Positions 47,524-58,605 are shown, counted from the first letter of the stretch. The stretch is DNA of 63,599 bases from Acidilobaceae archaeon (GCA_026986415.1 JALSOR010000005.1:1-63599); one strand, 5' to 3'. The notes: generated by a model not told the origin, from the sequence alone. Numbers and translations are program-made.

Positions 47524-48864
47524 TTAAATAAATTTTATTCTATCTTTCACTCTATCGAGGAACTCGTCAACCATATCTTCAATGCTCGGTCCTTCAATTA
47601 TACGGACTTCGAACCTCACATGCACGATAGGCTTGTCAACATTAACTATCCTCTCAAGCTTTATTGGAGTCCCCGCTATGATTACATCGGCCGGTATGCT
47701 GTTGAGCGTCTCCTCTAGGGCCTTTATCTGCTCCGGGCTATAACCGGTACTCGGGACCACCTCTTTCATATGAGGATACTTCCTGTACATCTCTGCAATT
47801 ATCCCTTTAGCGTATGGTTTCGGATCAACAATTTCAGCACCGTACTTTTTAGCGGCAACATACCCTGCTGCGTAGGGTGAACCTCCATGGGTTACTGTCG
47901 GAGAATCCTCCACAACGACGGCTTTCTTGCCTTCTACTAGTTCTGGCTTGTCAACATAGACTTCGCTTACGGCAAGGCTTATTTTGGCGTTGGGGTTAAC
48001 ATGTTTAATATTTTCTTTTATTTTCTCGATATTTTCGCGTGGTGCCTGGTCGACCTTATTGATTATTACGCTGTCAGCCATGCGGATATTAACTTCTCCC
48101 GGGAAGCTTGAGACCTCATGTCCCGGGCGCATAGCATCCGCGACGACAATCATGTAGTCTGGCACGTAGAAGGGCCAGTCGTTATTACCTCCATCCCACA
48201 ATATAATGTCGGCTTCCATCTCAGCACGGCGGAGTATCTCCCCATAGTCTACACCTGCATACACCACTAGCCCCATATCTAGGTAGTGCTCATACTCTTC
48301 CCTCTCCTCTATAGTCACACCATACCTGTCGAGGTCCTCATATTTTTCGAATCTTTGCACAGCCATGGTTTCGGGATCGCTATAGGCCATCGGATGCCTC
48401 ACGGGCACTACCCTGAAACCCTTGTCGATAAGGTATTTGACGACTTTTCTACTAACACTACTCTTACCCGCACCCGTCCTGACAGCTGTTACAGCTATAA
48501 CGGGCTTGGCACTCTCAAGCATCGTATCTCTGGGCCCGAGGATTTTGAAGCTAGCACCCGTGGCGAGCGCAGCGCTCAGCTTATGGCCGACATCGTCGTA
48601 TAATAGGTCGCTGTAGGCTAGGACTATCTCGTCTACAGCCTCTCTCCGGGCAACCTTAGCAAGATCCTCCTCGGGTATGATAGGTATACCGTTAGGATAG
48701 AGCTTGCCTGCAAGGCTGGGCGGGTAGCGTCTCCCCTCTATCCCTGGTATTTGCGAGGCCGTGAAAGCAACGACCCTATACTCGGGGTTATCCCTATAGT
48801 AGACGTTGAAATTGTGGAAGTCTCTTCCGCCGGCACCCATGATTATGACTTTCCTAGGCCTCAT
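47524..48864 (-). CDS. COG2403-type P-loop protein (predicted GTPase, function unknown)
   Basis: KVIIMGAGGRDFHNFNVYYRDN N-terminus and Walker A TAVRTGAGKSSVS. ATG 48864 is preceded by GGGTG. Confidence 0.6.
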   Translation of the reverse strand: MRPRKVIIMGAGGRDFHNFNVYYRDNPEYRVVAFTASQIPGIEGRRYPPSLAGKLYPNGIPIIPEEDLAKVARREAVDEIVLAYSDLLYDDVGHKLSAALATGASFKILGPRDTMLESAKPVIAVTAVRTGAGKSSVSRKVVKYLIDKGFRVVPVRHPMAYSDPETMAVQRFEKYEDLDRYGVTIEEREEYEHYLDMGLVVYAGVDYGEILRRAEMEADIILWDGGNNDWPFYVPDYMIVVADAMRPGHEVSSFPGEVNIRMADSVIINKVDQAPRENIEKIKENIKHVNPNAKISLAVSEVYVDKPELVEGKKAVVVEDSPTVTHGGSPYAAGYVAAKKYGAEIVDPKPYAKGIIAEMYRKYPHMKEVVPSTGYSPEQIKALEETLNSIPADVIIAGTPIKLERIVNVDKPIVHVRFEVRIIEGPSIEDMVDEFLDRVKDRIKFI

Positions 48865-49029
48865 CGCGTGCACCCGCATCTAACTATATGGTAATAGCTA
48901 AACTAAATACTATTGACCATGTTATGCGGAGGGGTTATAGTGGGATAAATGCATGAGTTGGACCGCAATCGGATTTAAAGTCCAATTCACGTGTAAAGGG
49001 CATGGACCCTTATTGGGGGTAGCAAGGTT

Positions 49030-51516
49030 TTGGCCGGGAAAGGATCGGGGAAGAAGAATAAGAAGGCGGGCGGAGGCCTGGAACTTGAAGAGTCGTTCGA
49101 AGCGCTGATACTTCGAATAGAGAAATATTCAACACCAATAACTTTAGTATTACTATTTATAATACTAGCATTAGGAATATATATTAGAATTATTCCCGCA
49201 TTAAACTATGGAATACACCTGGACGCTAGCGACCCATGGATAGTGTACTGGGAGGCAAAATATTTCCTAGATCATGGCCTCACCTCGTTTAGCGGTCTCA
49301 AGCATGTAACACAGTTCTGGTGGCCAATCGGCAGAGACTTCCTCCACACCGACTACATGGGCATGCCTTGGCTTGCGGCGGCAACATACCCTATAGGGAA
49401 GGCTTTCGGCCTCACATTACAACAGTGGGTAGCCCTCTTCCCGGTATTCGCAGGTGCGGCAGGCATCATACTAATCTTCGCTCTAACATACTACCTGACG
49501 GGGTCAAAGCTCGCAGCCCTAAGCGGTGCCGCGTTTTTCGCGTTCCTCCCAGGCTCGATAGTCAGGACTACTGTAGGCTTCGTGGAGAAGATAGGCTTCT
49601 CAATACCGTTCATCTCAGCATTCTACCTAGGGCTATTCGCCGCGCTCAGGAATGTGGAGAAGGGGAGAACTAGGAGGGCTATAATCTATTCCATTGTAGG
49701 AGGCCTAATAGGAGGCTCGATAGCGAACATATGGGGAGGCTTCCCCTATGTATTTTTAAGCCTGGCGTTAATAGTTGCGCTCGACCCAATAATAGGGGGG
49801 TTCAGCGAGAACAGGTTTAAGATATACGTCATAACATCACTATCTGTCGCAGCGGCCGCAGTAGCAGCACCCAGAGTAACGATAGGCTACTTCTTCACCA
49901 ATATAGGCGCGGCACTGACAGCCGCCCTACTCTTATACGCAGTAGAGCTCTGGGCCAATAAGACGGGCCTGGCACACCGTGTTATGGGGAAAGGGATTGA
50001 CTGGCGTTTCCACGCTTGGCTTATTACAGTAGGCATAGCTCTAGGGCTAATCCTCCTATATGGCGGGGCAATTAACCTTAGAAACCCCAGACTCCTCCAG
50101 ACAATAGGCATACGTTATATCAGCCCGCTGCAGAATAGCGTCCAGGAGAACCAGCCTACACCTATAACAACAATACTCAAAGAGTACGGGCTTCCACTAT
50201 TCTTCGCCCTAGCCGGCATAGCCGCTTACGCGTATAACCTGTACACGGGCAGGTATAAGGACACAACAGAGAAGATAGGCAAGTTCTTCTTCTATGTGTT
50301 CGCTATCATAGCAGTATTGTTTAACAAGGAGCTCGCATACTACACGCAGATATCATCATACTATGCTGTCCTAGCAGGAGCAGCCGGCATTTCCGATCTC
50401 ATACATGGCAGCATAGAGGAGACTGTGCAGAAAGGTAAGTGGAGGAAGATTGTAAACAAGAATAAGAAAAAGGAGGTTGCAGATCCTATAAGAGTAATGA
50501 TGGGTGTATTTATAATATTAATAGTAGTTTTCGGAGTAGCATATACAGGTAGACTAGCATACACGCAGAACAAGTATAGAGCCCCCCAGATACTAACAAG
50601 CGGTCTGGGACCACTAGCAGAAAGCGTTAACGGGCACAGGCAAGTAATTGTTCCAATAAACAATGCATGGCTTAACGCGTTAAAATGGATAAAAGAGAAC
50701 ACGCCGCCTAACGCTACTATTGTAAGCTGGTGGGACTATGGCTTCTGGATAACAGTCAACACGGGACGTAAAACCGTAGCGGACGGAGCAACATTCAATG
50801 AAACCCAGATAAGGTATCTTGCGGAGGCGTTAACCGGAACCGAGGGCACGGCAAGCTACATATTCAAATACAAGCTCGACCTCGTGCCTAACGATACGTA
50901 TGTCGTTTTCTATGAAGTATTCAATGGAATATATAACATTAAAAATAATTACACTATAATGTACCCAATGCTCTCTGGAGCCCGGAAACCCGCTTCACCA
51001 GACCAGTACGGTATAATAACTCATGGCGTCGCCGACTTCGGCAAATCAGTGCAAATGCTGAAGATAGCATATCGTATACCACCCTACAGTAGCATGGGCC
51101 CGTTCTTCACACAATACTCTTCAATATATGTTGACAGGTACGGGTACAAGTACCTCCACTTCCCGGGTTTCGTAGGAGAACCGAAGCAAAACGTAACAAC
51201 AGTGCTCAACACGCTGCTCTACAAGCTAGGGATGTGGGGCATAATTGCGATACCGCAATACGGTATTTATGACGGAAACATGTGTAGCCAGATATTCAAG
51301 AACAGTACTTTCGTCTACCCCTACGTTATAGCATCACTAACAGGAGGCCCGGGAGGAGGACCGCAGTTAAGCGATAAGCCAATAATACCTCCGCCATTAA
51401 AGTATTTCAGGCCCGTAGCGATAAGCGTGTCGTGCCCAGTAGTGAAACCAGACTATAAGAATGGTGTTATAACATTCACAGCGGTTGTAGTATTTATATA
51501 TCAGTGGACATATTAA
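49030..51516 (+). CDS. aglB: Oligosaccharyltransferase AglB (STT3 family)
   Basis: 828 aa with multiple N-terminal TM helices and the WWDYGFWI catalytic motif. Confidence 0.9.
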   Translation: MAGKGSGKKNKKAGGGLELEESFEALILRIEKYSTPITLVLLFIILALGIYIRIIPALNYGIHLDASDPWIVYWEAKYFLDHGLTSFSGLKHVTQFWWPIGRDFLHTDYMGMPWLAAATYPIGKAFGLTLQQWVALFPVFAGAAGIILIFALTYYLTGSKLAALSGAAFFAFLPGSIVRTTVGFVEKIGFSIPFISAFYLGLFAALRNVEKGRTRRAIIYSIVGGLIGGSIANIWGGFPYVFLSLALIVALDPIIGGFSENRFKIYVITSLSVAAAAVAAPRVTIGYFFTNIGAALTAALLLYAVELWANKTGLAHRVMGKGIDWRFHAWLITVGIALGLILLYGGAINLRNPRLLQTIGIRYISPLQNSVQENQPTPITTILKEYGLPLFFALAGIAAYAYNLYTGRYKDTTEKIGKFFFYVFAIIAVLFNKELAYYTQISSYYAVLAGAAGISDLIHGSIEETVQKGKWRKIVNKNKKKEVADPIRVMMGVFIILIVVFGVAYTGRLAYTQNKYRAPQILTSGLGPLAESVNGHRQVIVPINNAWLNALKWIKENTPPNATIVSWWDYGFWITVNTGRKTVADGATFNETQIRYLAEALTGTEGTASYIFKYKLDLVPNDTYVVFYEVFNGIYNIKNNYTIMYPMLSGARKPASPDQYGIITHGVADFGKSVQMLKIAYRIPPYSSMGPFFTQYSSIYVDRYGYKYLHFPGFVGEPKQNVTTVLNTLLYKLGMWGIIAIPQYGIYDGNMCSQIFKNSTFVYPYVIASLTGGPGGGPQLSDKPIIPPPLKYFRPVAISVSCPVVKPDYKNGVITFTAVVVFIYQWTY

Positions 51517-51525
51517 TTTTTTATT
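51517..51525 (+). terminator. Oligo-T tract immediately after the aglB stop
   Basis: TTTTTTATT starts at the first base after TAA. Archaeal intrinsic terminators are T-runs. Confidence 0.45.
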
Positions 51526-51643
51526 AAATAATATATTATCTTGGATCTACCACACAATATAACATAAACCCCTACACGGCCCACATAGCACACGAGTAGT
51601 AGGGGGCGAACGTCCAAAAAATACTCGGGGGAGACGGTAGAAA

Positions 51644-52150
51644 ATGATAAAACGCCGTTCTAAACAAAACCCTAAAAAACTTGTTATCGAGGCGATCTCC
51701 CACGTTACTAAAGCAAAAATAGAAGTTGAACATGCCAAATGGAGGCTCCAATCGCTCCCAGATCCCGAGGCTAAACGTATAGCGGTAAAACTAGAAAGCC
51801 TGTCTCTATTACTCGAAAAGGTCTCCCTCCGTTTAAACACGTTCCTCCAGACAGGAATTATAACTCGCGATCTAGTGCAGGATGCCTTAGAGACGGTCAA
51901 AAAGGGTATAGAAGGGAGCCAGGGCCTCCCCCCAGCGCTCGCCGCTACCCTATGGGATTTAGAAGCAGTATTAGGAGATCTCTACGAGAACACTGAACGA
52001 GCGCTCCCAGACATTCAACATATAGTCTCGAATATGGAGAATAGCCTGGATAGGCGTGCTGAAGCAATTCTTAGCGAGGCTTCCAGGCAGGCGGAAGCTA
52101 GGAAAAAAGCGGCTGGTAAGGAGAAGAATAAGCAGGGATCAGCTATATAG
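51644..52150 (+). CDS. All-helical protein, possible ESCRT-III/CdvB-like (Snf7 family) paralogue
   Basis: 168 aa with a long helical hairpin-like N-terminus with a basic start and an acidic/basic C-terminal tail. The call is tentative. Confidence 0.3.
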   Translation: MIKRRSKQNPKKLVIEAISHVTKAKIEVEHAKWRLQSLPDPEAKRIAVKLESLSLLLEKVSLRLNTFLQTGIITRDLVQDALETVKKGIEGSQGLPPALAATLWDLEAVLGDLYENTERALPDIQHIVSNMENSLDRRAEAILSEASRQAEARKKAAGKEKNKQGSAI

Positions 52151-52183
52151 GGCATATGATTTTCCGGGAGGAAGGTTCCTTTT

Positions 52184-52273
52184 GGGCCGATGATGTATCC
52201 TAGCCAGGCGGATGCAGGATTTGATTGCTATCTCTAGCTGGAAGGGTGAAGAGTGGACCACAATCTGAGGCCC
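52184..52273 (+). ncRNA. Candidate C/D-box sRNA (atypically long)
   Basis: Terminal stem GGGCC (52184-88) / GGCCC (52269-73). C-box-like AUGAUGU at 52190-96, C'-like GUGAAGA at 52246-52, and D box CUGA at 52265-68 about 12 nt downstream of C'. The TATA-like CTATATAG lies about 35 nt upstream. Confidence 0.35.
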
Positions 52274-52348
52274 AAATCTAAAATATAATCTTGGGGTCTG
52301 ATCCACGGTATGAGAATAGGAGGGGTTTAATAGGAGTCTGTATGAGGG

Positions 52349-53761
52349 GTGTATCCCGTATTGGCGTGGTCAATACTTGAAATTATACGTGAGAACCCGG
52401 ACTTGTACGCCGAGCACTTAAAAAGAAGGCAGCTCGATCCAGGCCTGGCATACAAGTTTTACGATATAGATAGGCAGTGGAGGAGCCTCCTAACGAGGGT
52501 TAACGAGCTCAGGCATGAGCATAACGTGATCAGCAGGAGCATTGGAAAAGAGAAGGATCCTGTCAAGCGGCGGATGCTGGTGGAGAAGGCAAGACAGCTC
52601 CTCGCAGAGCTGGAGAGGCTCGAGAAGGAGCTTCAAAGACTGGAAGAGGCTCGTAGAGAGCTTTTACTACAGCTGCCTAATATTGTTGATGATGACGTTC
52701 CTATCGGTGGAGAAGAGGATTACCGTCCCATAGAGTACTGGGGGCGCCCCAAAGTATGGAGAGGGTATGTTGATAGGTTTAAAGAGCAAACGGAAAAGTA
52801 TGGTTTCAAGGTAGACTATGAGATTGTTGAATGGAAGCCTGTCGGCCATGCGGACATGCTAGAGTATGTTCTAAAGCTGGGTAATACTGTCAAGGCGGGC
52901 GAGGTTGCAGGCTCAAGATTCTACTATTTGTTCGACGATATCGTATGGCTTGATTTCGCACTGCTCATGTATGCTATAGATTATCTTACAAGTAAGGGGT
53001 TCACGCTCGTGACGCCACCATATATGTTGAGACATAAAGTCGTTCAAGCCGTTATCGACCTTGAAACTTTCAAGGACGCGATTTATAAGGTCGAGAACGA
53101 GGACCTCTACCTAATATCAACCGCCGAGCACCCCCTAGCAGCCCTTTACGCGTGGGAGGAAATATATGACGACGAGCTCCCAATCAAACTGGCAGGCGTA
53201 AGCCCCTGTTTTAGAAGGGAGGCCGGGGCAGGAAATAGGGATATGAAGGGAATATTCAGGGTACACCAGTTCCATAAAGTCGAGCAGTTCATTTACAGCC
53301 TGCCCGAAGAGAGCAGGAAGATTCACGAGGAGCTTATAAACAACGCCAGAGAACTCTTCCAGGGGCTCGGCCTACCCTACAGGATAATCAATATCGCCTC
53401 AGGCGATCTGGGAGCATGCGCGGTTAAGAAATACGATCTCGAGGCGTGGATGCCGGCTCAGGGCAAGTATAGGGAGATGGTTAGCGCTAGCAACTGTACT
53501 GACTGGCAAGCCTACAGGCTAGGTATTAGGCTCGTAAGAAGAAAGGGGATGGAGAGAGGATACGTTCACACTCTCAATAGTACAGCCATAGCATCTACTA
53601 GAACAATAACAGCAATACTAGAGAACTACCAGCGGGAGGACGGTGTGGTGGAGATACCTCGCGTGCTGAGAAAGTACCTCGAACCGTTCAAAGCGGCGCC
53701 TAAAGATTATATCTACCCTAGAGAGCGTCCTCCCGCCGGCCGCGTGAAAAGGCTCTCCTAA
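52349..53761 (+). CDS. serS: Seryl-tRNA synthetase
   Basis: Coiled-coil N-terminal arm and class II motifs ([26 protein letters not shown]). The likely start is TTG 52361 ([10 protein letters not shown]). Confidence 0.95.
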   Translation: MYPVLAWSILEIIRENPDLYAEHLKRRQLDPGLAYKFYDIDRQWRSLLTRVNELRHEHNVISRSIGKEKDPVKRRMLVEKARQLLAELERLEKELQRLEEARRELLLQLPNIVDDDVPIGGEEDYRPIEYWGRPKVWRGYVDRFKEQTEKYGFKVDYEIVEWKPVGHADMLEYVLKLGNTVKAGEVAGSRFYYLFDDIVWLDFALLMYAIDYLTSKGFTLVTPPYMLRHKVVQAVIDLETFKDAIYKVENEDLYLISTAEHPLAALYAWEEIYDDELPIKLAGVSPCFRREAGAGNRDMKGIFRVHQFHKVEQFIYSLPEESRKIHEELINNARELFQGLGLPYRIINIASGDLGACAVKKYDLEAWMPAQGKYREMVSASNCTDWQAYRLGIRLVRRKGMERGYVHTLNSTAIASTRTITAILENYQREDGVVEIPRVLRKYLEPFKAAPKDYIYPRERPPAGRVKRLS

Positions 53762-54098
53762 CACGTCCCAAGAGGCCGGAGAACACGCCCCAAACACTAC
53801 CTGAGCTTTCCTCGTCTGCCCCCATACGGCTCATAGCTATGGCCCTTGCAGTAGAATCGTCCAGGCGAGAGTATTTCCTGGCCTGGGATAATAGTGTTGT
53901 GAGTTCCTCATCGCTCGCAAAGTCTAAGGGTATCCCCTCTCTGCCGTTAGACTCCCAAGTATTCATTAAACGGTCTACTATAGGTTCTACTACTGGGTCG
54001 CTGTAGAAGGCGGCCTTAACCCAGCCGCTATAGTGGTCGTCGATGAGCGATAATATCTCTCTTTTAACAGACTCCCTGTCCATAGCATTCTGCACCAT
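53718..54098 (-). CDS. Hypothetical protein
   Basis: 126-aa ORF. Its 3' end overlaps the serS 3' end by 44 nt (convergent). Confidence 0.35.
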   Translation of the reverse strand: MVQNAMDRESVKREILSLIDDHYSGWVKAAFYSDPVVEPIVDRLMNTWESNGREGIPLDFASDEELTTLLSQARKYSRLDDSTARAIAMSRMGADEESSGSVWGVFSGLLGRVRRAFSRGRREDAL

Positions 54099-54122
54099 AT
54101 ATTCTTTAGTGTACGTCGGACG

Positions 54123-54557
54123 TTATGTTTCTTGGGCTTGCTGGGCCATCTGTTTCTTCCATTCCTCAACAACATCATATCCGAATATGGCCTTAAGCGT
54201 CTCCCTGCCCTCTTCCGTCACATAATCCGGAGTCCATGGAGGGTCGAATGTTACGTCAACAATAACGTCCTTCGCTTCTGGTACGGCGTCACGAACAGCC
54301 TCCTCTACATATGCAGCTAGCACGCCAGCGACCGGGCATCCGACTGCAGTCAGAGTTATTACCACGTGTATTATAGGGTTTTTCTCGTCCCCCTCAACGT
54401 TTATCTCATACACTAAGCCTAGATCGTAGATATTGACAGGTATCTCTGGGTCGTAGACCTCTTTTAGAGCTTTGATAATCCTATCGATGATCTGCTTGGG
54501 ACCTCTCAGTATGGGGAACTTCTTAGTCTCTACAGTTTTAGCGTTGCCTTCACTCAT
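54123..54557 (-). CDS. DUF59 / MIP18-family Fe-S cluster assembly protein (SufT/PaaD-like)
   Basis: VYDPEIPVNIYDLGLVYEI and TLTAVGCPVAG motifs. Confidence 0.8.
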   Translation of the reverse strand: MSEGNAKTVETKKFPILRGPKQIIDRIIKALKEVYDPEIPVNIYDLGLVYEINVEGDEKNPIIHVVITLTAVGCPVAGVLAAYVEEAVRDAVPEAKDVIVDVTFDPPWTPDYVTEEGRETLKAIFGYDVVEEWKKQMAQQAQET

Positions 54558-54802
54558 AGGGCGCCACCTCTTTTATTAGCCTGTAAGAAAAGGTTACCGG
54601 TCAAACCTTTTAATTTGGAGTAATGATGTGCGCCCGGATGGATGCTTCTTTTAACAATAATATATAATGATATATAAGGTGAAAGAATTATAACTAATAT
54701 TGATATTAAAAATAATATTTTATTATTAGTAATAACTGATATTAAAAATAATATTATACCAATTATTAATATTAGTATTGTATATTTAACTTTTAATAAC
54801 AC
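54554..54802 (-). CDS. Small two-TM membrane protein
   Basis: Encoded by extremely AT-rich DNA yet open in this frame. Its stop overlaps the downstream ATG (ATGA). The start is uncertain (TTG 54829 or GTG 54802). Confidence 0.35.
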   Translation of the reverse strand: MLLKVKYTILILIIGIILFLISVITNNKILFLISILVIILSPYISLYIIVKRSIHPGAHHYSKLKGLTGNLFLQANKRGGAL

Positions 54803-55607
54803 AATATTCTCTCTCAATCGTACCCCCAAGAGTGGAAGCTTTACTCCTAATCTCTCCTATAATTGTTCGAGCAGTGCTTAATGCCTGCTCTTTATCTGGC
54901 AGGGAAAGTAGAACGCGTATGTCTAGGACGGGTTTTTCGAGTTCGTGGCCCTTAGGGTGGCTTTTAATATACGCGGCAGGATTCTTTTTAGCTATAGTTT
55001 TAAGATACGGGGCAATGCCGGATTCCGGGACTCCCTTGATTATAAGAGAGCATTCCACAGTATACAGTGGCGGTGCAATCTTTTTGATAACAGGCTCCAC
55101 GTACTGTTCGAACATAGACTTCATTTCTGAAGGAACGCCAGGCAAGGATACTACCAGCGTGTCACCGACCTCGAGGAGGCATCCTGGTGCGGCCCCTACG
55201 GGGTTGGGGATAGGTTTTGACCCTTCAGGCAAATATGCCATTTTCAAGCGTTCCTCGGTTAATGGTAGCCCCCTGCTCGAGTAGAACTTGTCAACCATTT
55301 TCTTTGCCTCAGGGTTCAATACTAGTTTAAGCCCGAAAGCTCTAGCCACACCCTGAAGAGTCATATCATCATATGTCGGCCCCAGCCCGCCTGTAGTAAT
55401 AACTACTCTCGCTCTCTCAGCAGCCCTCCTAACCTCTTCCGCTATATCTTCTAGTGAGTCCGGCACTGTTATGATTCTTCTAACAAGGAACCCGTCTAGA
55501 GTCAGTTTTTCCCCTAGCCATGACGCGTTCGTATTGACTATTCTTCCTATTAACAGCTCGTTCCCTATACTGAGAATCCAGGCGACAGGTCTTTGCATGA
55601 CCGTCAA
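54786..55607 (-). CDS. CinA-N-terminal-like molybdopterin-binding (MoCF_biosynth) domain protein
   Basis: WILSIGNELLIGRIVNTNASWLGEKL and VITTGGLGPTYDD. Confidence 0.8.
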   Translation of the reverse strand: MTVMQRPVAWILSIGNELLIGRIVNTNASWLGEKLTLDGFLVRRIITVPDSLEDIAEEVRRAAERARVVITTGGLGPTYDDMTLQGVARAFGLKLVLNPEAKKMVDKFYSSRGLPLTEERLKMAYLPEGSKPIPNPVGAAPGCLLEVGDTLVVSLPGVPSEMKSMFEQYVEPVIKKIAPPLYTVECSLIIKGVPESGIAPYLKTIAKKNPAAYIKSHPKGHELEKPVLDIRVLLSLPDKEQALSTARTIIGEIRSKASTLGGTIEREYCVIKS

Positions 55608-55756
55608 CCCCCATTCTTCTGATCGTCCGGGGAAGGAAATAGTGTGTAGTCCCCGCTTTCATCCCTATCGGGCCCAAAGGTTTTGGCCCTGTCGGCGGGT
55701 CGGCGCGCAGGTAGTTTAAAGTATATCCTGCAGGCATAATAGTGTTTAACTCGAGA

Positions 55757-57052
55757 TTACCTTGACAAGTCCAGCAGCGTTGCTACGTCGGCTTCTAGGG
55801 CATAATTGACCTTGTTGTAGTTCTTCCGGAATTCAATAACGTTTTTCTTAACAATTCCGGGATCTTTCTTTCTAACCAGAACATCTGCTATGAACTTTGC
55901 TATTTCGCACATCTCACTCCTTCCCATGCCCCATCTTGTTACCTCTTGCGTTCCTATTCTAAGGCCGCTGGGATCTTTCACGGCTGAAGGAGGGTCCCAT
56001 GGGAGGAGGTTCTTGTTCAGTATTATGTTTGCGTCTTCCAAGAGTTTTGCCGCCTTGGCTCCTCCACCGTTCTTTCTCACATCGACCAGTACTTGGTGGC
56101 TTCTCGTGTAGCCTAGATGCTCTCCCACGACATCCAGTCCCTCCTCGACGAGGCATTCTGCTAGTTTCCTTGCGTTAGCGACCACGTTGGAGGCATACTC
56201 TTTCCCGTAGACTTTCATTTCTAGTGTTGTTACTGCTAGCGCTGGTATGCGGTGTAGATGGTGGTTGCTTAGGAACCACGGGAATATCGTCTTGGAAACC
56301 TTCTTATACAGTTTCTCGTCTGTAAACGCGACTATCCCGCCCTGCGGGCCGGGAAATGTTTTATGTGTGCTCGCAGTCATAGCATCAGCGCCGAGCTTTA
56401 ACGGGTTGTGCCATGCGCCTCCGACTATTAGGCCGAACACGTGGGCTGCATCGTAGACTAGCTTCCCGTTGACCGCATGAACCGCATCTGCTATCTCGCG
56501 TACCGGGTGTGGGAAGAGGTAGACGCTTCCCCCTAGAACCGCAAACTTGGGCTTAACCTTTTCGATAAGCTTTACGGCACCATCAACATCTACGTTCATA
56601 TTTTCAGCGTCATAAGGCATCTCCACCTGTTCTATACCCAGAGCTCCAAGCGTGCCAAACTTCGTATGGCTAACATGTGCTCCCGCCTGGACCGGGGCTA
56701 TGACAGCCTTGTCTCCAGGATCTGCAAGAACCCGGAAGACGCTAGCGTTAGCTATAGTGCCGCTAATAGGTCTGGTCTCGACAAGGTCGGTCCCGAGCAT
56801 TTCACCTATAAGCTTGGCGGTTAGAACTTCCAGCTCGTCAATATACTTCGTCCCTTGATAGTAGCGTTTGAACGGCTTCCCCTCCGCATACCGGTACATG
56901 AAATCGCTAAGGTATACTTTGAGCGCCAACGGGCTCATAACATTCTCGCTAGCTATCAAATTTATAGTTTCAAGCTGCCTCCACCTGTTCTGGGCGTCTG
57001 TAAGATCTAGAACACGCTTTAGTAATACGTCAACTTCACCCATAGAGGACAC
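55757..57052 (-). CDS. glyA: Serine hydroxymethyltransferase
   Basis: [12 protein letters not shown] and the PLP site [14 protein letters not shown]. Confidence 0.95.
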   Translation of the reverse strand: MSSMGEVDVLLKRVLDLTDAQNRWRQLETINLIASENVMSPLALKVYLSDFMYRYAEGKPFKRYYQGTKYIDELEVLTAKLIGEMLGTDLVETRPISGTIANASVFRVLADPGDKAVIAPVQAGAHVSHTKFGTLGALGIEQVEMPYDAENMNVDVDGAVKLIEKVKPKFAVLGGSVYLFPHPVREIADAVHAVNGKLVYDAAHVFGLIVGGAWHNPLKLGADAMTASTHKTFPGPQGGIVAFTDEKLYKKVSKTIFPWFLSNHHLHRIPALAVTTLEMKVYGKEYASNVVANARKLAECLVEEGLDVVGEHLGYTRSHQVLVDVRKNGGGAKAAKLLEDANIILNKNLLPWDPPSAVKDPSGLRIGTQEVTRWGMGRSEMCEIAKFIADVLVRKKDPGIVKKNVIEFRKNYNKVNYALEADVATLLDLSR

Positions 57053-57166
57053 CTCGCGCGGGGCAACGTTTCACGCGTTCCCATGTTTTATTACTTGGTG
57101 TGGCCTCCAAGGCTTTTAGAGTTAAATGTTTTCCACGCCACAACTAGGCTACCTGGTGGTGTAGGA

Positions 57167-57991
57167 ATGCCAAAGTTTCCCGTCTCCTATGAGGATCTAA
57201 GGGAAATAGGGAAAACGGGGGAGAAAGTCCCTGCTATAGGTCTGGGCACCTGGAATATTAGAGACCCTGAAAGGGCAGTTGAAGCCTTGACATATGCTAT
57301 TGAACGGGGCCTCAAGCTTATTGATACAGCAGAAATGTATGGGGATGGTGATGCGGAGAGGCTCGTAGGTATCGTGGTTAAAAAGGTTGGTAGGGACAGG
57401 GTTTTCGTAACAACCAAGCTTCTACCCCACAGGTTTAGGAGCAGGGAGGATGTCGAGAGAGCCATGAAGGCCAGCCTTTCAAGGCTCGGGCTTAAAAGTG
57501 TGGATCTCGTGCTCATACACTGGCCTGATAGTCTATCGTCCCTGGAAACACAGATAAGGAACCTGGAATATCTTGCAGAGCGGGGCTATACACGTTATAT
57601 TGGTGTGAGTAACTTTGACTATCACCAGTTAAAGGAGGCTCTAACGTATACGAGAAAGCATGAGATAGTTGTAGACCAGGTAAAGTATAGCGTTGTGCAT
57701 AGGGAACCGGAGGCTAGACTCCTACCCTACGCGATAGAGAAGGGCATAACTGTGCAGGCATATACCCCGATAGAGAGAGGCTATGTTAACAGTATTCCCT
57801 TACTGAAACAATTGGCTGAGAAGTACGGGAAGACGCCTGTCCAGGTCGCATTAAATTTCCTATTAGCTAGACCACGCGTAATTCCTATTCCTAAAACTGA
57901 GAGGAAGGAGCGTGTAGACGAGTTTATCGGTGCTATGGGTTGGAGGCTGAGCAGCGAGGATATAGAAAAAATAGAAAATATGATTTTTTAA
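57167..57991 (+). CDS. Aldo/keto reductase
   Basis: IGLGTWNI, IDTAEMYG, HWPD, IGVSNF and QVALNFLL motifs. ATG 57167 is preferred over the upstream ORF-track start. Confidence 0.85.
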   Translation: MPKFPVSYEDLREIGKTGEKVPAIGLGTWNIRDPERAVEALTYAIERGLKLIDTAEMYGDGDAERLVGIVVKKVGRDRVFVTTKLLPHRFRSREDVERAMKASLSRLGLKSVDLVLIHWPDSLSSLETQIRNLEYLAERGYTRYIGVSNFDYHQLKEALTYTRKHEIVVDQVKYSVVHREPEARLLPYAIEKGITVQAYTPIERGYVNSIPLLKQLAEKYGKTPVQVALNFLLARPRVIPIPKTERKERVDEFIGAMGWRLSSEDIEKIENMIF

Positions 57992-58118
57992 AGAAAAAAT
58001 AATATATACTTGTCTCCTGGCAGTACTACAAATGGAGTATCCGGGTGTTCTGGCGCCTACCACTATTTATTTCAACTCTCAGGGAAGGGTTACTTCCGGA
58101 TAGCGAGGTGTTACATCC

Positions 58119-58601
58119 GTGGGGGAGAGGGTGAGGGGGGATACCTTAGAAGACCAGCTCGTCGACGGGACAATACTGTTAGAGGATAGCGGCTTGGAAA
58201 TAATGGACGATACATACCCGCAAATAGAAGTATACGTGGGCCTGTCAACGAGCGTGGAGATCCTTTATAGCGTGAGAAAGGCAGTATCGACTCTTAGAGA
58301 AGATTTCGGCCTAGAGGTTGACTATGATATTGTTAATATAAATGTGTCCGGCATATTCGCGTTTCCATCCGAGGTAGAGGCGATAATAAATATACTAGGC
58401 GTTACACGTGTGGCGATAACTAGCTCGGACCTGGAGAATTTAGGTGTGAGTGGAATAGTGGATCAAATAGTAGATAATGTGATAAGAAATATAGGTTTAA
58501 ATAAAAAGAAAAATAATGATAGTATAATGCCGTATAACATAGAGGACAACCCGAAATTTATGAGCGCGTCATGGAACGAATCCTATCTAGCGTTGGCTTA
58601 G
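58119..58601 (+). CDS. Hypothetical acidic protein
   Basis: 160-aa ORF with GTG start. No family recognised. Confidence 0.35.
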   Translation: MGERVRGDTLEDQLVDGTILLEDSGLEIMDDTYPQIEVYVGLSTSVEILYSVRKAVSTLREDFGLEVDYDIVNINVSGIFAFPSEVEAIINILGVTRVAITSSDLENLGVSGIVDQIVDNVIRNIGLNKKKNNDSIMPYNIEDNPKFMSASWNESYLALA

Positions 58602-58605
58602 AATA

